A stretch of 64,000 nt of DNA from Haliotis rufescens. Taxonomy: Eukaryota. Location of the stretch: NCBI RefSeq assembly GCF_023055435.1, contig NW_025963791.1:26598001-26662000 (forward strand). The letters are read 5' to 3'. The notes below the pieces were generated by a model. That model was not told the DNA's origin, searched no databases, and saw only the letters and a program-made list of their open reading frames with translations. The position numbers were made by a program, and so were the translations under genes. Of this stretch, positions 39,401 to 51,400 are shown one piece after another; within the stretch, counting starts at the first letter, position 1, and every line of letters starts with the position of its first letter.

Positions 39401-42400
39401 AACTACATCAAGGGGCGGATCCTGGCCGAGCAGGGAGGTAGGCCGATTCTAGGGGGTACAAATGATGGAACAATCAATGCATTGCATCCGACCATGACTG
39501 ATGGTAATATATGGATGACAGGTTCAAATATCAATAGATTATAGTATCAATGGTGATGATAGACATGAGAAAGGAAATACAGTACTGTTTATCATTGCCG
39601 TTTGCAATATCCTTGTAACTAATGTCCCTTGTTTGAAGATTGAAGAGATGTGTGAGTAGCCATTGAGAATATGTTCACCTGTTTATCTCAGACAATAATC
39701 ATAGGTACCACCCTTAAATACCCTTACAACTTTTGCTGCTGAATAATGTTAATAATACAAGTGAGTCTACATCATGGGAAGGAGAGTAATCTCATCATAC
39801 TGTTGCAATAGTTATGCAACTATTGCAGGATATTGCCAAAGGAAGAATGCTCCCTAGCACAATCATAAGAGTTCCTTTGACTTTCCACATCCCGTGAGGA
39901 TTCCGGGTTAGAACTGGTCCTAGCAACCAATGCTTGTCAGGCGACTTAAGGATCAGGTGGTCACTCGCTGACTGGGCTGATTGCATGTCATTAATCTCAT
40001 TAAGATCAGATCTTAGTTCTTGCTACCGCTAAACACTGATTTGAAGACATCCCATTACGGGTCACGTCAGAAGACCTTTCATCCAACTAATCAGAGCGTC
40101 ACTTACCAGATCATGAAATGTGTTTTCTAATCATGCAACTGGGAAAAATGCAACACAGGGTATTTACAGGCTTTATGACTGAATCCATACAAACTTGGCC
40201 ATCTATTAGCCATTCCAGAATGTTCTTTTGTTCAGTTTTCAAAATTTTTAATCAGAATTTGTCAAAATATGTTTTGAAACTAGTGCCGCAAAGCCGAAAA
40301 AGCTGCCTTCTGACTGGCTAATGTCGACTTCTTGTGACCCATAATGGGATGTCATCAGATCTTTGTTTACGGTATCAAGAACTAAGGTCTGATTTTAATG
40401 AGATTGGTTATACATGGTCTTAAGTACCAGAGGAAGGGAGATAACTCTAAATGTAACTTGTTGAAAATGACAGATGCCACTTAAAAGGAAAAAAAATTGC
40501 CAACAGATATGGAAGATAATAGTTAAGAGAAGGTTGCATGAGTTATAAATTGTTCAGTGTTTCCACATGTTCCACATGTTCACTAGATTTATTCACATGG
40601 TGTTGTACTTGCAGGCAACTGGACAGGTGAAGCCAGGTACAAGATGTACTTCACTCATGGTGGAGCAATAGAGTTTGGTCAAGCCATGATGAAAGCTGGG
40701 CAGCTGGGTTGGTGTTCTTTTCTTCATTACATGTCTTCTGTTTTAGGTTTTGTCGCAAATGGTTTGCAGATTTAAAAACATTATTAAGATTATTAACTAC
40801 TGACAAGTCTGTGTTACCATGCATTGGGCATGTTGGGACGCCTATACTGAAATTTAAATGACACTATGTTTTTGATATCCTGAAGACTCATTTTGTAACT
40901 CATGTACCTATATTATACTGTGATGAATTTTGTTTATCCAGAAAACAGCCAAGCATCCTAGTAATTATGTTCAACACTGTATTAAAATATGTCCCCTGAA
41001 ATTATGAAATTGTGTTAAATTTTTTATTTTTTGTTGCATTGCATATTTTAGATTTTATAGTATTGGGATTAAATTTGTTTCAGCCTCACGTAATAGGCCA
41101 CCTCAGCCACCACCCTACACTCCACCCATGGGCAATGTGTACCAGGCCCCGCCCCCAGCCTATGCCCCGCCCCACACACCACACTATGACTGGGTCCCAT
41201 ATCAAACATTCCCAACAGCTCCACCACGTAAGTACTGCTCACTGCTCTACAGGCACTGTTACTGAAGTGAAATGTTGTTATCATTTTATGTACATAATAC
41301 TATGAGGGGGATATTTGGTATTTGTGAGATTCACATTCCTCAAATAAGATTTATACGTACAGAAATGAAAAATCCAATTACCCAGTGATTATTCACATTT
41401 TAATGCAGAACTATAGAGACCCAAGCTCTAATATTACAAGGGACATAATTCTTCCAGTCAGTATTTAATTAGCAATATTTGTAAATTTACCAGTAAACTG
41501 TTATGCTTTTGTGCGAGATTATTGTCTCATTGTCAAGAAGCATTGGGGTAGCCAAGCCGTTAAAGTACTGCCTCGTCATACCAAGGCCTTGATTCTTTTC
41601 TCCACATGTGAGGTTTTTGTTTTCCCGGAATTTTGTCTTTAAGAGGCGTAACCCCAAACTTACTCTCTAAATAACAAGAGTCACAATAGTCGCTGACTTT
41701 CTGTATTTGACATGCGCGTTTGACTAGACAATATGTAAATGCTACCTTATGTTATTCTATGACATTGAAAATCTGTTGATAATACTATGGTGGTACTTGA
41801 CATTTCATGTAGCCTGTGAAGATCCAGGGTATAGTTGTTCTCTAAGCAACCCATGTTTGTTGTAAGAGACGGCTTATGGGATCAGGTGGTCAGGCTTGAT
41901 GACTTGGTTGGTGCATGTCATCATATCCCAACTGTGTAAATCAATGGTCATGATGTCAATCACTGGATTGTCTGGTCCAGGATCAATTATTTACAGACTG
42001 CTGGAATATTGCTGAGTGTGGTGTTAAACAAAAAACAAATGATGATGATGATGATGATGATGATTCAAATTCTTTTACAAATACCTGTTACTGTTGTTAG
42101 CTCTGACCATGCTGATTATGATTGATGTAAAGGAGATATTACTTGACTGATTATTCCATCCTTGGTTTGTGACTACAGAGGATGGTGTGTACATGTCGGA
42201 AGCTCCCCCACCGTACCCTGGAGTGGATCCCAACGCTCCGCCCTACCCCCCACCTCAGGCTAACGGCCATGGTATGTATAACATGCTGTTGTGTGTGTGT
42301 AGTGAGTCACTGTGACTGTGTACACTATAAACTGTAATAGAGGTTTCCTTCAGTTAAGTAACAAGAGTGTCAGTTGTTCTGGGTGGTCAGTTGGAGCACT

Positions 42401-42773
42401 ATATTCATTCTATAATAACAGGAAGGTCCGAAACATTTAACAGTATGATAGACTGCTGGTTATTAATTGTGTTGTGGTTTGGTTTGCTTGTTTAAAGTTT
42501 GTTTCATGGTCATGTGACCAGCCTCTTATCCATTTTAAGGCTGTATAGATCATGTCAACGTCACATTAACAAATTATGGCAAGATGAACCAGTTACAAAT
42601 TTAACTAATGATGTGAAGTATCCTAGTGACTAATGTCTTGTGTTTTTGTTGCAGATGCGAAGGCCCGGGAGGCGGCTGGCAGTGCCTACTACAGCCCAGC
42701 CAATCCTCACAATGTCTACATGCCCTCGGACCCTCCCCCCTCATATGACGAGGCATCAAAGAAAACCAACTAG
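33479..42773 (+). CDS. WBP2: WW domain-binding protein 2 (GRAM domain + PPxY-rich tail), 249 aa, 7 exons
   Basis: Exons 33479-33534, 38450-38555, 39299-39437, 40615-40707, 41084-41227, 42179-42271, 42655-42773; all GT-AG, phase-consistent, 750 nt. Family motifs [84 protein letters not shown]. Confidence 0.96.
34365..35612. mobile_element. Foldback-like element with inverted ends and subterminal 21-bp tandem repeats
   Basis: Left CATTTGTATGGAAACGTATTTGTGCCAGTCTA followed by 21/42-bp repeats (34411-34640) containing palindromic ATCTACGTAGAT; mirrored at 35390-35612 by related repeats and TAGACTTTGGCACTAACTTGCTTCCATACATTTG. Confidence 0.6.
35627..35902 (+). mobile_element. SINE family B (WBP2 intron 1)
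   Basis: 12-bp TSD TCCTAATTAAGA; CpGs intact. Confidence 0.93.
38718..38868 (-). mobile_element. SINE family A (WBP2 intron 2)
   Basis: 13-bp TSD TGGGCAAGGATGA. Confidence 0.92.
41813..42038 (+). mobile_element. SINE family C (WBP2 intron 5), followed by (ATG)n
   Basis: Colinear, CpG-decayed; partial copy also at ~39890-39990. Confidence 0.87.
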
Positions 42774-44977
42774 ATCACTGGACCTAGCTCGGAACAACTC
42801 TGATGCTGTCTGTAATGGCAGTCGGAAAAATTCAAATTGAAAGTTTATAAAAGTTGTATTGTTATGAAGGTGACGAAAGTGACATGGAAAGACTGGAAGT
42901 ATATATATGTACTCCTCATTGCACATTTTATATATGTTTACATTCACATTGTGAACTGGAACATTAAGATATTTGTCATAGGTATTATTTAGATTGTCCT
43001 TTGCAGCTGTTTTTTTCTCTGTGCATGGTACATGCCAATATTGTTTCTTCTTTAATGACAGCGTCTATTATTAAACATGTACTAAAATGTGATATTTCAT
43101 GTGCCTAGAGATACCAATGATAACACTTTGAACATTGAGGAATTGTGAAGATGTAATGTGAAGCTCCATTAAGAAGACATAGGGACAGGTGTTTTTTTGT
43201 CAAGTGATTTTGTTATGATAAAACAACATTAGTTTATAGAATATCATCCCAGTAAATCTATCAGTGGAGTAGCCTAAGGGTTTCTAGTCATGCCAAGACC
43301 TGGGTTTGATTCCTCACATGGGAACAGTGTATGAAACCCATTCTTGGACTCCCCTGCCATAGTATGGACTTCTCCATGACAGCATTGTCTCCACATTGGC
43401 AGGTATTAGATTTCCAATGACAAGGCTGTTTGTAATGTACTGTTTGACCAGTATTTCACTGACTTGATAAAAAGGAACCAAATGTCATTGAAATCTTGTG
43501 TTCCATTTCTAAAGCATTTTAGTACATGTTTATGTTATTCTGTTAGACTGTTATCTATTGTATACCCGTTGATTGTTTTGGCTGTAGGTTTTTAGGGATC
43601 TCTGGATCAGACAACTTGTGTAAATTGTTGATGTTGTATATCATGTATATATGCTACTGTACATTACTGTGTGACACAAATAAATATATGTACACAATGA
43701 GACCAAACTTCCTGAACTGAATGTAAATATTACTGTTAATATATCCAGTTTTTGTTGGGTTCATCATTCTTCAGTTTGCCAAACTACCTTGGAGGTCCAG
43801 TAGAACATGTCCAGTCATTCTCCTTGTTAGAGATTCGACTTAGTTGATGTTTGCAAGCTGAAGTAGTGTCAAAAATATAGAAACAAGTCAGATTTGTGAT
43901 GCAAGAAAAGTTGTTCCTTTTGCATACCTGTCCTGACTGGACACATGGGCTTCCCAAGGGATCTGAGAAAGAAATTTGTGTGCACACTGATCCATTGACT
44001 GGGTTGACCACCTGCGACGTGCTTTGATTATGAATCTATATGGTGTCTAGCACACTGAAATGGACAACAATGTATCATTCTATAAACATTATGGGCAATA
44101 TTTGTGATGAGCTGATGATGGTTATTATGTGTAGTGTTGATCATTGTCATGGCAATCATAATGCATGTACCAGTAGGGGGATCATGTAATGTCTGATGAC
44201 CTCATGGTACTGAGCAAGTCTCCTGGTAAACTGCATCAATTGAACAAAATGAAACCATTCACACACATTTATATATGTAAGGAAAACACTGAGTATAAGG
44301 TTTGTAATGAAGAATCTGGCTTATGATATTTATTATTTTTCCTTTTTGATAATCATCTGTGATTGATGAACTGACACTATGCTGATGTCTCCTTACAGTG
44401 TATTCTTTGGAAACATTACATTATCAGTATATTTAACTCAATATTTATAAACATTACATTTTTATTAAACATTTTTGTCTACAGGGTTTGACACAGCCGC
44501 TGGTCAGCTGGTTGGATACTTGTGAAAAGTTATAAGGACTAGTGATGTAATGTTAATTAAACAACAACTGTGAAATGAATTGAGGACTAGTTGGATCCAG
44601 TTCATAGTGTCTACCCCAGTTTTACTGTGCTGGTAATTTTCAGCATCATTTGACAATACTGTACCCCAAGAATTCTTTATATCAATTTCTTTTTTGAAGC
44701 CTGGTTAACTTGCAATCATCTGATTTCCTAAAAGACTATGTGGTTATTAACTACTGAACATATCCAGACACCCTCGATGAAGACATTGCATGTTGATGTG
44801 CCATTGTTGATATTCTCAATAAATCTGTTTGAAGCAGAATTACTTTGTTCTTTACACAACTCATTATCTAGCTGAAACACAATTACAACTGGTTTGTTAG
44901 CTGTTCAACGTTTATTTTGGAGGAAAGAGAGCTAGGCTTTTTTTATTTCTTCTGTAACAGATTCTAAAACAAAGTAC

Positions 44978-45150
44978 AGTCAAGTCTCGTTAATCCGACA
45001 CTCATTAATCCGACAATCAACAATCGAATTTATTAACCGATTAAATCAGTGCTAATTAGACCTGTTAATCCGACAGTCCCACACTCGTCTCCGACACACC
45101 TAATTTGCAACAAATTACCGAAATCACTCATTAATAAGTCTCGTTAATCG
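44978..45150 (+). mobile_element. Tigger-like transposon end
   Basis: TA|CAGTCAAGTCTCGTTAATCCGAC with repeated TTAATCCGAC subterminal motifs. Confidence 0.5.
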
Positions 45151-45264
45151 TTCAACTTAAATCAATTTGTTTTGGAAGTAAGTTTTAAAGTACAAATAAC
45201 TTCTCTGAAATTTATAACATCAGAATTCTAGATATTATTTCATTAAAGTGGTACCTATTGTGTG

Positions 45265-45541
45265 GGGGGCACAGGTGGCCCAGTGGTCTTGGCGCCGCGA
45301 TTCACTGTGCAGCTTTGCATCCCTTGAGCCTGCCAGAAACCTATGATTGTGGTTTCGAATCCCGGTTCGACCCGATTATGTTTCTTGGTTTGTCAGCATC
45401 ATACCCATGCTCATGGGTTTCACCGAAGTGATAAAAGTCTGAGACCTGCATCAATTCGGGCTTTCTTCCCACATGAAGCGAACACACCGTGATATAACTG
45501 GAATAATGTTTAAAGCGGAGTTAAACCCAACTCACATACTC
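45265..45541 (+). mobile_element. SINE family B
   Basis: 12-bp TSD ACCTATTGTGTG. Confidence 0.92.
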
Positions 45542-46094
45542 ACCTATTGTGTGAACACAAATAAAAATGCTAAAACTGTACAAAATGTTGTCACAATAAG
45601 CATTACTTTGATAAAACGAAGCATCCATATGTTCATTTTGGAGGTTCTTTGCAAACTTTAGGCTTTGCCCAGTGGGCAAAGGTGCTACCAGCAGATGTTC
45701 ATCCTGAAGAGACCTTCCATAATTGGAGAGATGTACTCATGAAAGAGAGTGGATCTAGCTCATGAAGAGTGTCTGTAGAGAACTGCTTGCACTGCGCATG
45801 TGATCATAACCACATGGTGCCAGGCGTGATGCCCTTGCATCTTCACCCCAGGTCTACCTGCACCATCAAGCAACATCTCAATCGGACTTTGACCATTCTA
45901 TTTGTAATATGACTAACATGTAACTCTGAAGGAAGTATTAGAAAATATAAGTAAGGCATTGCCCACTCACATCTAAAGTTACAAGAAAGATAGTTCTTTC
46001 TTACACAAAAAAACACTTTGCCAACTTTGGTTTTATGGTCTTAATATACACATTTCATTTAAACAGTCTAACAGATGTTATGGTGATCAAACGG

Positions 46095-46285
46095 CTGTTG
46101 TTCGTTTCTTAAAGCCTCCCTCAGCAATATGACAGCTATGTGATGGCGGTCTGTAAATAATTGAGGCTAGAACAGCCAATCCAGTGATTGGCAGTGAGCA
46201 TCCATCTACACAGTTGGGATACGATGACAGGCATCAGCCAACCAGCGAGCCTGACCACCTGATTTTGTGGGTCGATTCCTGTGAC
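46095..46285 (-). mobile_element. SINE family C interrupted by the LINE (remainder 48061-48083)
   Basis: Tail and body before the LINE; head TATTTTACCCCGGATCTTCACGG after it. Confidence 0.75.
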
Positions 46286-48058
46286 AAGCATGGTTCACAT
46301 TCTACATGAAAACCAAGCTGGATTTAGACGAAAATTACTCAACGATCGATAATATGTTTACTTTACAAGGAATGGTTAGAAAATACCTGTCAAAATCACC
46401 TGGAGGGAGATTTTACTGATTCTTTATCAACTCTTCAAAGGTTTTTTATGGTGTTCTCATTTGTGGCACAGACATATTCATGGAAACATTTTGACAGTTC
46501 CACGTGATATGTATTCCAAGCTAAAGTCATGTGTACGCACAGACAGTGGCATCACAGATTTTGTCACGTGTTGCACTGGTACCCGTCAGGGTTGTGTGGT
46601 CAGCCCAATACATTTCTAATTTTATACCAACGAGTTTATTGCAGACATAAGCGCTTCTCAGTGCCGAGGAATATGTATATCAGAAGACGCACCAAACATC
46701 TGTTCTATATTTTATGCTGACATCGCAAACTAAGCAGATTCAGCTGGAAGGTTATAGCAACACGTTGACAGTGTTAGTTACTTTTGTGATAAATGGGGTT
46801 TAAGTTTAAAATTTGGAAAAACAAAGATAGTCGTTTTCGGGAAAGGAGGACCAATTCGAAGCTACGTAAAATAGTATTACAGAGGAATTCAAATAAGCAC
46901 CGTGTCATGCTATAAATATTTAGGATCGTGCTTTACTCCGAAACTGGTCTGGACATAAAGCCTACTAGTTCTTTCAAGTCAAGCAGAAACCGTATGTCTA
47001 TCAATCTACAAACTACACTACAGTTGCGGGGTCTACCTGTTACAACGGGATCAAAACTTTTCGACAGCATGGTACTTCCAAGTTTAACATATGGAGCAGA
47101 TATCTGGGGATGTAACACCATAGATATTGTGGAAAAGGTACAGGCGAAATATTTCCAGAGAATACTTTACCGAATTCGGCCAGTTCTGGGGGAATGTGGA
47201 CGACATACATTGTATGCAAGTTGTCTTCTGAAGTGTTTTAAATATTGGACAAATGTAATCAACATGAATAATATAGTAGACTACCAAAACACATATATGA
47301 TGTTGTATGGTCCAGACGAAGCAGGAAGAACATCATGGGTCACTTATATTCAGAACATTCTATTTCAATATGGTTTCGGATATGCATGGATTTTCCAGGA
47401 TGCAGGCAACATCAATACATTCTTATCTGAATTCAAGCAACGGGTGATAACTCAGAAACACGGGGGTGGCATTCCTCCATTTGTTCAAACTCTAAACTGT
47501 TAGCCCATTCTACTTTCAAGTCAGCTTTCAACATGAAAACTTATCTCCCTCAAATCGATTAAATCAAAGTCAGACAAGCGCTCACAAAGTTCAGGTGCTC
47601 ATGCCATAATCTCGTGATTGAAGTGGACATCGAAATATTGAACAGCAAGATCGAGTTTGTGCCTACGTTTTGGAAATAACATTAATTAAAGAAAATGATT
47701 TTTGACTGGAATGCGAAGCTTATTCAGAGCTTAGAAGTAAAAAGCTAGATACTAAAAATAATGTTAGCCTTACGCATAAAATAATCATTGAATAATTGTA
47801 CTCATCATGTAAATTTGCTGATATAGCTTTGTCAAAATGTGTATATTTTGCATCTAAATGCCTCTTGGCAATGCAGTAACGACTTACATATCATTAACGC
47901 CCATTTTTATTTATAATAGTATGATATGTAATTTCCAATAGTGCAATCAACCATATGTATGTACTGTGTCTTTACATACACTACTTTGTACAATTTATTG
48001 TGTATGTACATGTATGTTCAATGGGCCAATAGCTTGAAACTTCATGAATAAATCAACT
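46285..48058 (+). mobile_element. Decayed 5'-truncated non-LTR retrotransposon (CR1/L2-group LINE ORF2 remnant) nested in a SINE
   Basis: Frameshifted RT motifs QAGFR-NYSTIDNMFTL, GTRQGCVVSP, FYAD, KTKIVVF, YKYLG, LFDSMVLPSLTYGADIWG, VLGECGR, TKFRCSCHNLVIE; AATAAA near the 3' end; host SINE continues at 48061-48083. Confidence 0.88.
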
Positions 48059-48470
48059 TATATTTTACCCCGGATCTTCACGGAAGGTGATCAAAAGGTG
48101 TAACTATGTTTTGGCTTGGCCCTTGTATCAAAGTTAAATTGTCGTCACAGTTACATGGTCGAAATGTTAACCAGTAGACAGTCTTTGGACATTTTTTAAA
48201 TTGTAATATATAAATCGTGATTTTAGATTCGAACTTGCAATGGGATCGTTCAAAGCCCATTACTGTTGAAATCAAGCAAACTGGCAAAGTTGCCTCCCTT
48301 CCATCGTGAACCATGATTTCACGTACTGGCAAGAAAAGTATACAACAACGATTCATAATGAAAGTTGTTTTGAATATTTACCCTAGTATGGATAAAAATA
48401 GACATAATTCGAATACACATCGCACGGAAATACTAAACTATCGTGAACAGCTTTACTTGAAACATCCAAG

Positions 48471-51400
48471 ATGGCAGCCTCCATGGTCAACATGTATGGC
48501 AGAAAAATCGGATGCCAGTTTATGAGGTAGGCCTAGTAAACTGTCGTTTGAAAATGATAATATTTGATGTCGTTGTTTTCTGTCTTTTCTTGATTGTCTT
48601 TTACTGTCTTTGATAAGATACATTTTCGTTACTGTGAGTAATAATGACAATATTGATGTATTCGAAGGTGGCACTGGCAAGTCTGCAAAAGACTCTACAG
48701 CAGTCAAAACTCCAGGAACATATTGACATTACATGAAAGAGGTATTTTCCAGACAGTGTTTCCAGAAGGAAGGTAATCCTTGTGGTCTTCCACTCAGGAA
48801 ACGTTTACTATAACAATTCAAACTGAATTTTCTAGATGTCTGAAACAGTCCAGTTCAGGAAAAGGACAGTGCCTAGATTAGTAAATATATGCACATTAAT
48901 TTGTCGTAGCATGAGTGATCAACTGTCACAATTGACCAAAGAAGCATTATAGTTAGGGGGAAAATACAAGGATTCATAATGCCAGCTAAATAATATTCAT
49001 GCTTTATAAAGTTATTTTTGTCAAAACTGATTAGGAAGTATCATAACATATATTTGAGTTTTATTTCATTAGTTATTGTTAACAACTGTACTTTTCCAGC
49101 ACAGCAGAGTTGCTTCGTCGGCTGTCGAGCCCACAGTGTATGTACTGTGGCTTTGACCCAACAGCAGACAGTCTCCATGTAGGGAACCTGCTGGCTGTCA
49201 TCGCACTCATCCATTGTCAGAGAGCTGGACATAACACCATTGCACTGGTAAGTCATCGCACATGTCATATACATGTTCATAATATGGATGGATTTGACTT
49301 GATATATTCCTCTCCAGATCTGATGTTGGAAGTTACATTGGAGTGAGTGAGTATGGTTTAACGCCGCTTTTAGCGGGGAACACCGAAATGGGCTTCACAC
49401 ATTGTACCCATGTCGGGAATCGAACCCCTGTCTCGGCGTGACGAGCGAACGCTATAACCACTAGGCTACTCAACCGCTCCAAGTTACATTGGAACCTGAG
49501 ATACACGGAACTTATGGGCTTATCTGCTTTTGCGGTAAACCTTATTAGCAAATGTAGCCATCCCAGAGATGTATGAGTTAAACACATAGATATTGTAATA
49601 ATGACAGAAATTAATAATTCAGAATAATTCAGATTGCAACATTCACACAAATTGATATTACAGATATGTTTATCCCTGTTATCCAAGAGAAAACTGGTCT
49701 CATTGAAATCATCCCTATTAACAAATCTTGGATATGTGATTGTGCCCCTTGAATTATATTATTCATAATATATTTAGGATGGACAGGTTTCAAAGAATTA
49801 TAACCAGGATATATTAGTATTTATTACTGCATCACACAAAATAGAGATTCAAGCCGGGCACCCCTTGACTTGCTTGTTCTTCCTTACAAGTTGAAGTGAA
49901 TACTTTGCTTGTTAGGTTCACTAGTGATTGTATTTACACCAGGTGGGAGGTGCAACTGCCCAGATCGGAGACCCCAGTGGGAAGATGAAGGAGAGAACAC
50001 CAATGGAGCTTCACCAGGTGGAGGAAAATGTGGTCCAAATAACAGAAAACTTGCAGCGTGTCTTCTCTCACCACCAAGATCTGTTGTGGAAAAATAGCAA
50101 GCCTTTGCCACAAGTGAGGTAGGCTCAAGTAGATGTCATCATTGACTTACAGTTTAACTGCTTTACCCTGATTATGTTTATTGGTTTGTCGGATTTTACC
50201 TATGCTCATGAGTTTACCCAAGGTGGTAAACATCTTAGACTTGCAATATGTCTGTGTTCCTCCCACGTCAAGCTGACATGCTGTGATATAACTGAAAAAC
50301 GATAGAAATCTGTGTTTAATGAAACTCACTCCGTTAAACTGACTCGTACACATTTTGTGCTGATGAGGACCACCTCCGTCAGTGGTTTGATCCCTGGGCC
50401 CACTTTTCCAAAAGACATTGGAAGATGGTACTTGCTGTTTACCTGCCTGGCACTCGGCATTAAGGGGCTAAAACAAGGACTGGTCAGCACGGAGTCAGTA
50501 TACTGTGACTGAGTACGGTATCCATGTTAAAACTGAGGCATGGTATCTCAGTGGGCTAGCACTCTAACATCAACAAGTCCAGACTATTACAAGCAGCCAC
50601 AGACACAGGCATTACACACTGCTGTATAAGTGCAATAATCTTCAATAAGATGCTAAACCACATTTCACCATGATTATCATACACAGGGATGAAGGAAGGA
50701 TCAAGTGGAATTTTGTTTAGAACAAGGTGATTATATGGGAAGAAAATACTTTTAATATCAATAGTGCTATTTCCATGGTAATTGGTTATATAGTTTCACT
50801 GTTCCTAGCGTCTCGGGTTAATATACGCATAGTTTGCTATTCAGGAATAATTAGCATTGACTAGGCTGCATACCAATACCGGTAATTAAGTTTATCTCAG
50901 ACATATATTGTTCAAACTGATGAGGCTTGGTGGATTTTTATCATGTTATGTGTTTTAGAACAAAAGTAATGAGTCAAGTTATCATATGATTTAGGAAGTG
51001 TAAAATTTAAAATAAACTTATCCTAAAGGCCTAATTCACAGGATATAAAGTCTCACACCGATGCCTGGCAAACCTTTTTCTTTCTATTTCAATTATAACT
51101 GAAACTGTTTTTAAGAAATATGACCTGATTCAAATTGTTACTACAAATTGTTACAAGTATACAATGTACAGAAAGTTCCTGTAAACTTTGAACAATAAAA
51201 CACTGCAGGGAGACTAAACCAAAGATTATTCTCCCTGCAGTGTTTTATTGTATTTAATATAAAAACCACGAGTCGTTTATTTCGTATATGAGATATCAAC
51301 ATTATGTACGTCCTCTTTTAAATAAGCATGTTAATAACATGTACAAGCTTTGAAAGTATTCACCCATATTTAAATAATGATGACTCCCTGAATACAATCC

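Noticed and set aside
46928-47503. 191-aa ORF as a host gene
   Set aside because: Internal fragment of the frameshifted LINE ORF2.
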